Shown here: in pieces, positions 14,001 to 27,092 of the stretch
How positions within the stretch are numbered: position 1 is the stretch's first letter
Layout: every line of letters starts with the position of its first letter
DNA from: Somniosus microcephalus
Lineage: Eukaryota
Assembly: GCA_052327205.1 (NCBI GenBank)
Contig: CM126202.1
Location: 376,464,001 to 376,528,000 of the forward strand
Direction: 5' to 3'
Length of the DNA stretch: 64,000 bases
Position numbers and translations under genes: made by a program
The notes under the pieces: generated by a model
Databases searched by the model: none
Seen by the model: the letters and a program-made list of their open reading frames with translations, nothing else
What the model was told of the DNA's origin: nothing

Positions 14001-15658
14001 AGGTCGTTGTTTAAAAAACCTTGGCGGTGCCTCCTTTTCTACATAAATCTTAGCTGGGGGGCCATTAAATGTGCCAAGTTCCTCCTTGAACACATTCTCA
14101 TGTTCACTCAACACTTCTTGCAAAGTCAACTGTTTGCCCTCATCTATTTGATTTACTGCTCCCCAGTCTAATTTAAGTTCTTTTATCCAGCCCCGACCTA
14201 ACAGGTTTGGTCCGGTACCCGATACTGTAACTACAGGTAGCTGTTCCACTGTGTCCCTGTGTTGCACAGTTACATTAGCTGCACGTAATGTCACTACTCG
14301 TTCAGCTGTATATGTTTTAAGATGCAGAGAGCAAGACATTAACTCTGGAACTTTTGCACGGTTCCACAATTTTGAGTATTCTGCCCTGTTCATTATGGTT
14401 ACACCGCACCCTGTATCAACTTCAAAGTTGACCTCAGAGTCATTTACTGTCAGTTGCAAGGTGATAGGAGCCAATTTTGGAATGTTCTCTAACATGCTAT
14501 ACATTATGAACATGTCCTCTTCTTCCTCAGCTTCCCCGCTGATGTGGTGTGTGCCATGTTTTTTCACTTCTCTTCCTTGGTTTTGCTTTCCTCCCCCTTT
14601 TGGTTTGGATTCCTCCACAGGTGATTTTGCCCTGCATGCTCGTTTTATGTGTCCTTGTTTCCCACACTTGTGGCACTTTTCCTCCAGAAACCGGCATTCA
14701 CTTGCCAGGTGATCGTCCTTGCATCTATAACATGCCTTCACATGCTCACGTTGTGGTTTCTGATGCATGTTTAACTTGTGCACAATAACCTGACCTGCAA
14801 CTTGCTTAGCATTAGCCCTGTCTGAACGCTGTATTTCTTTTACATCTCGGTTCGCTGTCTCTATGGCTTGAGCAAGTTCCAATGCTTTTTCATAAGTAAG
14901 TCCAGTCTCGGAAAATAATCTACGCTGCATTCGGTCATCCATTATTCTGCAAACTAGCCTATCTCTCAGCATTTCCTTCAGGTTGTTCCCATAATTGCAA
15001 TCTTGTGCTAATTTACGCAACACCGCTACATAGTCCATTACACTCTCCTCCTCTTTTCTGTTCCTTGAATTAAACTTGAACCGCTGTACAATCTCACTAG
15101 GCTTAGGGTTAAAATGTTCTTTTAGCAAGGCCACTAATTCAACAATTGATTTGTCTCCAGGCTTTTCAGGACTGAGCAGATTCTTCATCAAACTGTAGGT
15201 TTGGCTTCCCACTGAACTAAGCAGAATGGCTTTCCTTTTTCTGGCATCATTTATTTCATTTGCTTCGAAGAAATAACCCAACACTTCACAGTATTCCTCC
15301 CAGGTTTGTGCTTGAATATCAAAAGCAGAGACCGTACCTATCGTGGCAGCCATGCTCTCGTCCAATTGGTAGCTAACTTTGGCTCGTGAGTTTGTTTTTT
15401 TAAAAGTCCCGGCAGACTTCTCTTCTTTATTCAGTGCCCTTTTACCTCATCGCCAAATGTGATAAATCCATGTAGGGAAACAAGGAACTCGAAGAGGCGA
15501 GATATTAGAATTAGTCCGTGTACTTTTTTAAACAACTGCGTAACAAACATACAGGTCTGCATCCTCTCATTCCACCTCCGCTGACATTAACCAGTAGCAT
15601 CACTAGCTACAGCACCACCTGGTGGATAACCTTAATCATAACATCCCAGATTACTATA
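11020..15658 (-). mobile_element. Gypsy LTR retrotransposon A (Mag/K02A2.6-like), full length, decayed
   Basis: 201-bp LTRs at 11020-11220 and 15458-15658 differ at about 5 positions. 5-bp TSD GGATG. PBS TGGCGATGAGG (15445-15455, tRNA-Ser(GCU)-like). PPT at 11221-11236. Confidence 0.95.
11322..15353 (-). pseudogene. gag-pol of Gypsy A (stops and frameshifts)
   Basis: Two zinc knuckles, protease VDTGC, RT YLDD, RNaseH CDASPYG, integrase HHCC and DDE (HLDY, SDNA, GLAER), split across at least 5 ORFs. Confidence 0.92.
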
Positions 15659-16559
15659 GGATGGATTGATACAAGTATGTTAGTGGAAAGCATTAATACG
15701 AATAGGAATGTCACATTTCAGAGACCAAATCAATGAATTTTATTCAACATTTTACTGCCTTCATGGGATACCATTCTCTTGCCATTTCATATCCTGTGTA
15801 GCTGTCAAGAGATAGTGTAGCTATATGGATATTTCATTCTGTAATCAAATATTGTCTTCTCAAAGAAAACTGTGAAAAGTCATGGGGTCAATGCTTCAAT
15901 TTTCAAACCGGTTGTCTTCTAAAGTAGACAAATCAGCTGGAGGGCCAGCTGTTAATAAATGATTATGGTTCCAACTCTGCCCCCTGCATATTGCACTTAT
16001 TCTTTTACAGCTGTATAGCCAACACTATTTTGACCACTCGTATAAACAATATCCTGCAACTTCACAAAATTTCAACTACTTTTCAAAATAGATAATCGGG
16101 TTGAGTCTCAGCCGTAAATTATTTCCTCACTCACTTCCTTCCCCCTCAACCCCACCCCCACAATTTTTTTTTTAAAGAGGGAAATTCACAAGAGAAACTA
16201 ACCAAAGAGCTCATAAAACTCAAAGGCTGTACGCTATTCCGTACAAAGCGAAGCATGAAGCTAGGCCTGGGACTAAACGGGAAATTTTGTGATGGTGCTC
16301 ATGTCAGGATCACCAGGATCACGCAGGCCAGGTTTTTCCGATGGGATGGTGCTGCTGCCACTTGAGGTCCCTGGTGGTGGTGCATTGCAAACACATTACA
16401 GGCTTGAAGAATGTGTCGAGGAAAGTGGGGCTTCCCTACCCCTCATTTTGTGTGGTTGTCCCCAGAGAAGTAACAACTTGACACTGAACAGATAAAAAGC
16501 AGCAAGTGCATTTCAAACCTTATGTCACAATAAGTTTTCTTAAAGGTGCTTATGGTGAC

Positions 16560-17260
16560 AGACATTGTTTCAGCCTTTATAAAGCTTTCAAGATGCCTAT
16601 GATGTGTTTGATCATGATTGATTGCAGGAGCTGCATGAACCTCATTATATCTGTGCTTGAAAGCTTTTTGTAGCTGTTATAGTGGTGTCATAAGCTTAGG
16701 CTCAAGAGAGCAGCCTTGGCCTCAGAGAAGCTAACCTTTCAGTCTTTCGTGTGAGTCAAATAATGGGGCAGAATGGATTGCCTTAAAATAAGCACATCAT
16801 GACTCCTGTCTGGAATCCAGGCATTAAGCATGATCCAGAGCTAGCAGTCACAGATGATATATATGTTGACAGAGTTGTAACCTTTGCAGTTTAGGAATGG
16901 ATAGCTGTTGTGAGCAAGAACCATAAGGCCACATGGGTGTCATCAATAATGCCCTGGATGTTGAGGAATTAATGCCCTGTCAAGCTTTTTCTGGTTATTT
17001 GTGGGAAATATGATTTATTAGCTTGCCCTGACAAAAAGACAACAATCATTTGCTTGATACATCTATGCACTGCAAATTGATATTTCTGATGTCTCCTGCA
17101 GTGCCCTGGAATGAAGGCATATAAGTTGAGTGCCATTGTGACATTGGCAGCCATGAGGAGTGCTGTGCCCATGTTGGTGATTGGCTGGAAGTCGGGTTCC
17201 AACATGGAGCACAACTATATCACAGTTTCTCTTGTGAATTGCAGTCTGCCAAGATCGGAG
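16560..17260 (-). pseudogene. Ancient Harbinger (HARBI1-like) transposase remnant
   Basis: Translations TALLMAANVTMALNLYA, QFAVHRCIKQ, IQGIIDDTHVAL and FLNCKGYNSVNI match PIF/Harbinger transposase motifs. Heavily frameshifted. Confidence 0.75.
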
Positions 17261-18628
17261 AAAAAACAGAGGAATAAAGAAAGGATATTAGGCAAGTGTG
17301 TGATTTGTTCAGTTATGTGTATGACTGACGATTCCTTTAGAATTTTTCTGACAGTTATTCAAATCCACAAAGCCACATTAACAGTTTCAGTGATACAGCC
17401 ACCACCACTTAAACCGCCCATGTTTAAATCAGCCAAACAGCGCTAACCATTTCAATTTATATTATAGTCAATTGGAAAGTTGCCACTTATAGTGTATTAA
17501 GTACTCCATGTTTCTTGGGTAGAAACAGTGTGAAGGAATAAGCCATATTTCAGAAAAAGACACCATCATATGAACAGAATTCTGATTTTATTAATACATG
17601 ATACACTGGGTTTAAAAATCTAAAGTCTCAACGGAACAAGCTGTGTCAATACAGCCTTCTGAGATGGGATGGTTTGATAACGCAAAAGTTGTAAAACACC
17701 ATACAAGCTTTGAAATGGGAATTGGTTAAAAATACTAAAACAATGGCCCTATTGAAATAGTAGTTTGGCGCTTCCAGAAGGCCTGGAGTTTGGGAGAAAC
17801 ACAATGGAATGACCCATATAAAGTGTTATAAACTAACACATTGAACAGAAACACAGAAACATTAAAAGAGGCATGTGCCTTTGAAAAGGTGACATCAAGT
17901 AAAAGAAACACCTGCTGGTCAAATAGTTTTTATTTTAAACTTGGAAGACAGGAGGCATAATTCTTAATACAACCATTGAGATAGCTAGAAAACAAGCAAA
18001 CACCCTAGTTGAAGTGTTTTTAATTTACATGTTGTATATATGATACCAACATAACACTTTGAAGATATGACTTCAATAGATGCACCAAGCAATTACATTG
18101 TGTTTGTATTGAACTTGGAACACCATGGAGACAGGAGCCTGCTAATAACCAGTTAAGCCAGTATTAAGAATTGAATGAAAGTCCTTTGATAAGAATGACA
18201 TCAAATAAATATTACTGTCATATTGTTGTTTTTGATAAGTTTTTGGAGCACCTAAAGGTAGAGACATAATTATGCATGCAGCAGCTTAATTGACAGTAAG
18301 AATAGAAAAAAGTCAACAGAGAGATGACTAGAGATAATTAGCTTACATCAGCAGAAAACTTCAAAGGATAAACCACTAAAAATAGGTATAAAGTAGAGCT
18401 TTTTCAGATAGACAGTCAAAAGTCGCTGGAAATGGGCAAGCAATTCTTGGCTTCAGAACCACTCTGTAAGCCTACAACTCTGAGTCTCGGGTAATTATGT
18501 ATTTGATTTTGGTGGATATCCTGGATTAGAATTAAGAATAAGAAATGTAAAAATGTACGAAGTTAAGATTTGAGAATAAGGATCTCTGAGGATAAGAAAT
18601 GTAAGCTATTTGTTTTTGAACTGTTAAT

Positions 18629-18700
18629 CACAGAATCACAGAATCACAGAAACCCCACAGTGCAGATAGAGGCCATTTCGGCCCATCAAGCCTGCACCGG
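18629..18700 (-). mobile_element. CR1/HE1-type 3' tail fragment
   Basis: (CACAGAAT)n terminal microsatellite next to GAGGCCATTTCGGCCCATC, the reverse complement of the CR1 3' stem-loop. Confidence 0.7.
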
Positions 18701-19205
18701 TTAATGTTGTGATTGACTCAAAAGCTGTTAACTGCATGTCAGTTCTTAAATAAATCTATATATTTTTAGAATTGTCTCAAGTAGTATTTCTGTATCAATC
18801 TCGCGACCTCAATTTCTGTACACTCTTTTGTGAGGAGTTGTAGAATTCTAGGTGTATTCTGGACCCTTATAATATCCGGAAGGTTACAGTCTAGTTAAAC
18901 TTACTAAAAGTGCTATCCGGAGGATGGTAACATCTTCACATCGTTCCTTTCCTTTCGGGAGAGATAGTCTGAAACTTTAGACCCAATTAAGCGTCTTATA
19001 GAATTCAGCTATCTTTAACTTTAGTTGAAGGTGAACGTCTGGGGAATACGCCTGATCTGGGGTAGCCCGAAAAGAGCTAGGACTGGTAATTATCCCTTCA
19101 GCAGGTGCTTGTTCAGCAGCTTGCACTGTGTTAAGGTGCAATTCCCTTGTATACTTAACCACCTATAGCTGGTGTTGGTTACAGCTTGCACTACTCAGCA
19201 TTGAC

Positions 19206-20608
19206 TTTTTCTTTATTCATTTACGAGTTGTGGGCATCACTGGCAAGGCCAGCATTTATTGCCCACCCCCAATTGCCCTCGAGAAGGTGGTGGTGAGCCG
19301 CCTTCTTGAACCGCTGGTGTCCCTGTGGTGAAGGTACTACCACAGTGCTGTTAGGGAGGAAGTTCCTGCATTTTGACCCAGTGACGATGAAGAAACGACA
19401 GTATATTTCCAAGTCAGGATGGTATGTGACTTGGAGGGGAACATGGAGGTGATGGTGTTTCCATGCACCTGCTGTGTTTGCCCTGCTAGGTGATAAAGGT
19501 TGCGGGTTTGGGAGGTGCTGTCGAAGAAACCTTGGTGAGTTGCTGCAGTGCACCTTGTAGATGGTACACACTGCAGACATGGTGTGCCGGTGGTGGAGGG
19601 AGTGAATGTTTAAGGTGGTGGATGGGGTGCCAATCAAGCAGGCTGTTTTGTTCTGGATGTTGTCGAGCTTCTTGACTGTTGATGGAGCTGCACTCATCCA
19701 GGCAAGTGGAGAGTATGCCATCACACTCCTGACTTGTGCCTTGTAGATGAAACTGGACACTGTGCAATCATCAGCAAACATCCCCACTTTTGACCTTATG
19801 TTGGAGGGAAAGTCATTGATGAAGCAGTTGAAGATGGTTGGGCCTAGGACATTGCCCTGAGGAACTCCTGCAGCGATGTCCTGGGACTGAGATGATTGGC
19901 CTCCAAGAACCACAACCGTCTTTCTTTGTGCTGGTTATGACTCCAGCCAGTGGAGGGTTAACCCCCTGATTCCCATTGACTTCAATTTTACTAGGACTCC
20001 TTGATGCCATACTCGGTCAAATGCTGCCTTGATGTCAAGGGCAGTCACCCTCGCCTCACCTCTGGCATTCAGCTCTTTTGTCCATGTTTGGAACAAGGCT
20101 ATAATGAGGTCTGGAGCCGAGTGGTCCTGGCAGAATCCAAACTGAGCATCGGTGAGCAGGTTATTGGTGAGGAAGTAATGCTTGATAGCACTGTTGATGA
20201 CACCTTCCATCACTTTGTTGATGATTGCGAGTAGGCTGATGGGGCAGTAATTGGCTGGATTGGATTTGTCCTACTTTTTGTGGACAGGACATACCTGGGC
20301 AATTGTCCACTTTGTCAGGTAGATGCCAGTGTTGTAGCTGTACTGGAACAGCTTGGCTAGAGGTGCAGCTAGTTCTGGAGCACAAGTCTTCAGCACTACA
20401 GCCAGGAATGTTTTCAGGGGCCGTAGCCTTTGCTGTATCCAGTGTGCTCAACCATTTCTTGATATCACGTGGAGTGAATCGAATTGGCTAAAGACTGGCT
20501 TCTGTGATGGTGGGGACCTCAGGAGGAGGCTGAGATAGATCATGCACTCGACACTTCTGGCTGAAGATGATTGCAAACACTTCAGCCTTGTCTTTTGCAC
20601 TCATGTGC
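19206..20608 (-). mobile_element. CR1/L2-group LINE, 5'-truncated with internal deletion
   Basis: RT motifs QFGF, ALDIKAAFDRVWH, GVPQG.VLGP and MFADD are joined directly to YKAQVRSVMAYSPLAW, which implies an internal deletion. 3' tail AATAAAGAAAAA. Confidence 0.85.
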
Positions 20609-21588
20609 GAAATACAAGACAACAATAATAAACATGTTCAATAAGTAAATAGCACCTCATTAAAGTCCAATTACCATGTGTATTTAATACCCTCTAAGTT
20701 GTATAGAGGTACAGCTTCAATAGTGATTTGCTACAGACTAGTTCAATAATAATAGCGCTACCACTTTAAATGGTCTGATGTGTATAGTGTGTGAATGACA
20801 TTAACACCAACACGCCTGTTATAAACGGTGGGGATTGTGCACAGGAGAACTTACTTGATCAATATATCTCCAGTCCAACAAGAAAGGAAGCAGTGTTGCA
20901 TCTGGTTCTGGTAAATAAAGTAGTGCAACTGGAGTGTGTTACTGGAGGAGATCATCTAGCTAAGAGTGACCAGAACATAATTCAGTATAAAGTAATTGCA
21001 GAAAGAGACCAGAAAATTTCAAAAGTAAAAATGCTCAACTGGGGAAGGGCTAATTTCAGTAATTGAAGAAGGGACCTAGCACAGGTCGATTGGAAAAGGC
21101 GATTGCAAGGTAAAGCAGTAATGGAGGTCATTCAGGGAAGAGGGAAGAGATAGTTCAGGTGCAAACTAGGCATATTCCTTTGAAGAGAAGAGGTGGAGCA
21201 TCCAAAGCTAATGTGCCCTGGATAACAAAGAAAATAAAAGTTAAAATAAAACAGAAAATGGAGGCTTATGACAAATGTCAGGAGCAAGATTCAGTTAATA
21301 ACCAGGAAGATTATGGAAAGTACAGGAAGGAATTGAGTAAGTTAATACGGGAGGCAAAGCGAGATTACGAGAAAAGATTACCAGACAACATTAAATTGAA
21401 TCATAAAACATTTTATAAACATATAGGCCCAGAAATTGGAGGGTTTAGCGCTGGCGGTTAAGACCCATTTAGCTGAAAAAAATGGCAGCTGCATCACTGC
21501 TGCTCACATCTGGCGGGTCTCGCAGCGACCACCATTTTCATCAGGTCGGCATCGCTGCTGATGCCCGTGCTCGCTGGAGATATTTATT

Positions 21589-24025
21589 AGGCATCGCTTA
21601 CATCTCCCAGTTCGCCATCCATTGCTGCATCCAAGAGGTCATAGAGGCTCTCTACACCAGGAGAAGGGAGTACGTTGTCTTCTCTCTGAACAGAGAGAAG
21701 CAGGAGGAGTGCACATGTGGCTTTGCCAGGATAGCGGGCTTCCCCATGGTGTAGGGCACCATTGACTGCACATACGTGGCTTTGCGGGTGCCATATGCCA
21801 ATCCTAAGATGTTCCGTAACCGCAAAGACTACCTCTCACTTAATATGCAGTTGTTGTGCAACCACGCTCAGCGCATCCTGATGGTCAATGACCGCTATCC
21901 TGGCAGCAGTCATGATTTCTTTATCCTGCTGCAGTCCACTGTGCTGTAAGGGGGGGTGGTGGGTGTGGCGCGTGTGCCCAGTCAGTTATGCCCCTGACTG
22001 TTTTGTGAGCGGTTCGAAATCGCTCCCACGCCCCTTGGGTTCTAGACACCGGACATAGGTACAGGCGGCAATACAGAAAGGCTCGAGTAGACAGGTGGTT
22101 TAGATGTAAGAAAACCAGGATTTTATTAAAATAGAAATTAACACAGTCTTACGAGAAATTACTAGCATAAAATACAGGCAAATACAAAATAACTATACTT
22201 ATACAGGGAATGGGGAACACACGGCACATCGAGGGAAAACAAACTATATTAACAATCCCCTTATCCTTATCCCACCCCCTACACCTAACTAGATTAAGCT
22301 ATGAGGGGCCAGAATTCATGCTCACCAATCCAAAGCAAAGCCAACTGCTAACGAAATGCAGATTTTGAGGTCTGGTTCTCTGTCCTCTTAGGTACTCCGC
22401 TGCCACGTGGTCTTCAGGGGCGCAGTGCTGGAGATGCTACTGTGACACACCTTCTTCTCCTCCACTACCGTCGTCGTCTCGTCCCGATGGGTACTCCTCT
22501 TCTTCTCCCTCGGGCAGTCGTCGGCGGTAACATTATGTTTATCGGACAGTTAACAGTCTTTGCCATTTAGATTTTGTTACCCATGCGTCAAATGACAGTA
22601 TATTCGTGGTGGCGTAGACACCTGCATTACAGGTTACAGTGTTCAACAAGATGTTCGTCTTCCCAAGTGCTAGCTTATAACGCGGCGCTTGGTCTTTATC
22701 GATACATTTTTCGCTGCCCTGCTCTGCCCTTATTGAGTTTTATCGTCTTCTTCGTCTCTATTCGTGTCGTCTCGGGCTACCTGCTCGAATTCGTCTCGCC
22801 CCCTTTTTGCAGCCTGGGCGTCCCAGATGACGAGGGACTGAGGTTTCGTTCCCCTCCCCGGCTGTTGGTATGGTGTCCTTTTCTGCTGAAAACTCACCGC
22901 AGGGAGCGAGGAGAGACCCGCCACGAGGCCAGGGCACAAGTGAGCCAGGAACCAAGAGCAAGGGCCAAGCGCAAGAGAGAGCAGAGAGAGAAATTGCTAC
23001 CCGGGGCCTGCAGTTATACCCGTTGTTTCATCCCCTATCTGCGCGCCAAATCAGGTTAGTTCATTGTTCCAATTTTGGCAGGCTGTTTTAAATAATTACA
23101 GCAATCTAAACTAACTGTTTTTAGATGGCCGTTTATCGCACCTAATGGGCTGATGTCCAAGCTGTATTGTTATTAATACATTCTAATCGGCCTGTCCGGC
23201 CTTGATGGCTTCCTTAAGCTGCTTCCAATTATTTATGCCGACAACTTGATGGCCTCAAGTATAGGCCCAACTAGTTCTGATCTGTCTACGATCTGGCTTA
23301 ATGCATATTCAATGTTTGCTGTCTGCTTTTCCAAAACACAAAGTCCTTTTCACAGAAACTGCATTTTAGGTTTCGATTTCCCCACAAGCTGCTTGTGCTG
23401 CCACAGAGTCCAAGCTTTAAAAATCTTGCAGACCTTTGGCCACGAGGTGCGGACGCCATCTTTTGGGTACCCTTTTTAAAATGTCCATGCAGGGTCCCTT
23501 TTATTAATAACTTTGGGGAAATGTGGAAATTTTGCGAATCCTACAGTGCCAGTGCCACGTCAAACCCGAGGGTGTCTGCTCGGAAACCTGGGCTATTCAC
23601 TCTGCACCTGGCTGATGACTCCCCTCCACAACCCCACCACGCCTGCCCAGCACTCTTATAATGACAGCCCTGCTACCACCAGGAACATCATCGAGCAGAC
23701 CATCGGGCTGCTGAAGTAACGTTTCCTCTTCCTTGACCACTCGGGATGAGCCCTCCTGAACTCGCCAGAGTGGGTGTTCCATTTAGTGGTGGTCTGCTGC
23801 ATGCTTCACAACTTAGTCATCATGAGAGCGCAGCCCTTGCTACCAGGGATTACAGGACCAACTCAGGGGGAGGACTAGGGAGAGGATGAGGAGGAGGAGG
23901 AGGAGGAAGAGGAAGAGGAGCAAGAGGAAGAGGAAGAGGAGGAGGACGAGGAGGAAGAGACTGGCAGCAAATCCCCCTTCCGGATGGACTGTTCATGATG
24001 CCTCATCAGACTCCAATTTGAGTGA
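21589..24025 (+). pseudogene. Harbinger transposase (5'-deleted, split by a solo LTR)
   Basis: GFPMV*GTIDCTYV, RNRKDYLSLNMQ, YPGSSHD, LLGNLGY, RNIIEQTIGLLK*RF, CCMLHN, and an acidic (GAR)n tail at 23882-23959. Confidence 0.9.
21945..23545 (-). mobile_element. Long solo LTR (1601 bp)
   Basis: TGTAAG...CTACA termini and 4-bp TSD GTGC. The transposase frame resumes after it. AATAAA on the minus strand near 22125. Confidence 0.85.
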
Positions 24026-24240
24026 ATGAAACCCCAGATCCCCATTGCTCACCACACCCCTATCTTACCATCCCTGTGGAACATCACAGCGTCCTCCTGG
24101 GCACAAAGCTGAAATGAGAGCCACCACAAAACAAACATTCCAAACAAAAGTAATGAATTCATCAGTATTCATTTAACATTACATTATGAACGAATCACCC
24201 TTGCGCAATCCCTTTGTGCCTGTTGTTTGTGTGCCTATTC

Positions 24241-25530
24241 CTACTCTAGTACTCCAACACAGTGCTCCCCCAGTGGCTGCAGCATGGCTGCTGGAAGGCT
24301 GCTGAGTTTCCCTGGGAGAGACTTCAGATGGCATTGCAGGGCGACCTCAACCAGCTGTGGGCCTAGAAGACCCAGCTGTAGACTGCACCACCTCGGCATG
24401 GGTGGCATAAGAGCAGTCTGAGCTTGCATAGCAGCAAGCTGAGCCTGCAGGGGATCAGTCAGCGCTTCCACTGCAGCAATGAGACACTGGGCTGCTTCCA
24501 CCTGTGCTGCAATGGAAGCCGCGACATCGCCCATCACTACCAGTATCATGGCTGGGTTCACAAGGTCTCTCCTGGAGTTGTCCATCATTGCCAGCCTGAA
24601 AATCATGGGCTCCAAGCTCTGCGGAAAACCCCGTCTAATGTTGGAGCCAGACTCCTCCATGATCCTTGACATTGCGAAGAGGCTCTCTGGCAGGCTTACC
24701 ATTAGCATTTTGCTGTGCATGCCCATCACCCTTCTTCTGAAGGCCGCCCCATTGAGGTCATCATCTGAGTCGTGTGCAGCAAAACTCATGCGCAAACTCG
24801 TCCACCGGGGAACTGGCCCCCGAGATACCCTTTCCCCCGGCCTTGCTGCAGCCCACTCATGACCGGTGCCTCACCATGTGCAGATACCGCCTCTAAACTA
24901 TCCTCTACATTGTTAGCTGCAATGGCAAGCCTGCCAGTTTCTGAGCTGGTGTCTGCGAGTGTCATATGCAGGGACGGTGTGTCTTTTTCTTCTTCACTCT
25001 CCTCTATTGCATGAGGGACAGGCTGGCCTGCTGGCAGTTCTTGGTTTTCTGAAAGCAGAAAGGCACAAGAGTCAGGTTGTGGTGAGGGGAGGGGGTGAAG
25101 CAAGATATCTATGCATACAGCATCAGCAGCTTGTAAGTGAGAAAATATTGTGGGACGAGGGGGAAGTGGGATGTGAGAAGAAGGATTAGGAATGACCATA
25201 CCGTCATTGTCAGCAGGGGCTTCAACTTCTCCCATTGCCACAGCCTCGGTGATTTCCCCTCCAATGATGTTTAGCATGGACTCCTCCAGTTGGCTCATGG
25301 TCTGTACAGCGGTTTGGCTGTCTCCCATCTGCTGTCCTTGGCACACCACAGTTGGCCATGATCTAGGTAGCTATCTCCTGTCAGAGCCTTCTACTGATAG
25401 CCTTTGATGGCTTCCTGCCACTCTGCAGGAACAGGACACCCCGCCTTCTCTCCACTGCCACTGCCAAAGCCTCGAGTGCAGCATCCGAAAACCTTCTGGC
25501 CTTCTCTCTGGGTTGTTGTTGCTGTGCCAT
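24241..25530 (-). pseudogene. Harbinger Myb/SANT-like DNA-binding protein (NAIF1/MSANTD-like)
   Basis: ATG at 25530 gives MAQQQQPREKARRFSDAALEALAVAVERRRGVLF. Probable GT-AG intron at about 25200-25050. Ala/Gln-rich coiled-coil C-terminal part. Confidence 0.8.
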
Positions 25531-26105
25531 GGCTTCAGTCTACAATGACAATGAGGTGCTGCTGCATCAAAGCACCTCCCCTTTAAGTAGGGCAGAGAGC
25601 CTTGACCAAACATTATCGGCCATTTGACTGTACCCACTATTGGGCCACCTGTTCAGTGCTAAGCCAATCAGCAGCATGTTTAGTGTTGAGCTCAGTGCTA
25701 CAATCATTATCATGAGCAGGCAGCACGAATATAGCTTGCTGCCTGGACCACTTTCAACAGGTGCAGGCAAATAGTGCTGTTCCTTGACACCGCCCGTTTC
25801 TGGGCCTAATCTAATTTATAGCCCATAAAGTGCAAGCGGTTTGCTCGGGAAAAAGTTGGGCCTATTAGGGATCTAAAGTAAAATTTTCATATAGCGACAG
25901 AGGAAAAGCAAAATATTAAATAAATACTTTACATCTCTCTTCACAAAGGAAGCGGATGATGTGAAGGTTACACTAAAAGAGGAGCGGGAAGTTATGGACA
26001 GGATAATAATAGATAGAGAAGACACACTAAAAAGATTAGCATTACCGAAAGTTGGTACGTCACCTGGTCCAGATGGTATGCACCCTAGGTTGCTGAAAGA
26101 ACCAA

Positions 26106-26169
26106 AGAAAGAAAGACTTGCATTTATGCAGCGCTTTTCATGACCACCGGACATCCCAAAGTGCTTACT
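26106..26169 (-). mobile_element. Deu-SINE/L2 3' tail fragment inserted in the CR1
   Basis: Reverse complement of GCACTTTGGGATGTCCGGTGGTCATGAAAAGCGC...ATAAATGCAAGTCTTTC, which matches the tail of the 48383 SINE. Confidence 0.75.
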
Positions 26170-27092
26170 AAAGGTAGAAATAGCAGAGACATTGGTCACA
26201 ATCTTTCAATCCTCATTGGATACAGGTGTAGTGCCGGAGGACTGGAGGGTTGCTAATGCTATACCACTATTCAAGAAAAGGGAGAGGGATAAACCAGGAA
26301 ACTACAGTCCAGTCAGCCTAACATTGGTGGTGGGGAAGTTATTTTAAACCATTATCAGGGAAAAAATACACTTTCATTTGGAAAGGCATGGGTTAATCAC
26401 AGAGAGCCAGCTTCGATTTGTTAAAGGTAAATCATGTTTGACTAACTTGATTGAATTCTTTGATGAGGTAACACTGAAGGTTGATCAAGATAATGCAGTA
26501 AATGTAGTATATCTGGACTTTCAGAAGGCATTCAACAAACTGTCACACAGGAGGCTTATTAAGAAGATGGAAGCCCAAGGAATTGAGGTGAAAGTGGCGG
26601 TATTGATACAAAATTGCCTCAGTGACAGGAAGCAATGGGTGGTGGTGGATGGTAGTTTTTCAGACTGGGAGGTGGTTTGCAGTGATGTTCCCCAAGAGTC
26701 AGTTTTGGGTCCATTGCTCTTTGCAATTTTTCTAAACCACCTAGACTCAGGTGTAGGGAGCAGCATTATAAAGTTTGTGTTAAGTCTGTGTGTTCTAGTT
26801 GTAATTACTAACACAGACTACAAGATTAAAGTTCAACAGGTCTTTACTGGTTGGAGGTCAGGACTATACTAAATACAATATTACTACACAGTGCTTATAT
26901 ACCGGTGGTCACCACCGGTATTATGTATACAGCAGCCAGAGAAAGTAATACATCTCTTAAGGTGGAACAGGCTTAAGTTCTCTTAAGGTGGAACAGGTTA
27001 CATACACCACAATCCTCCCTTTTTAGCTTAACAGTCATATCCCCATTTAACATAACATAATAATAACATATATAACTTCAGGTATAAACAGT

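Larger units (their letters stand above)
21426..25824. mobile_element. Harbinger DNA transposon with convergent transposase and Myb/SANT genes, decayed
   Basis: TIRs GGCCCAGAAATTGGA / TCTAATTTATAGCCC. 3-bp TSD ATA, confirmed by the restored CR1 frame. Confidence 0.9.

Noticed and set aside
18770-19200. Coding-looking stretch with a 61-aa minus-strand ORF (possible exon or viral fragment)
   Set aside because: No recognisable homology, stops in all frames and no convincing splice pair. A tBLASTx search would be needed.
22574-23091. 161-aa ORF inside the 1.6-kb solo LTR (possible accessory gene)
   Set aside because: Non-ATG start, no recognisable motif and no counterpart seen in the related 39804 LTR.
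26950-27000. TCTCTTAAGGTGGAACAGG direct repeats recurring at 32935, 36247 and 36351 (CRISPR-like look)
   Set aside because: A tandem duplication inside the LTR U3, copied with each LTR. There are no unique spacers and the context is eukaryotic.
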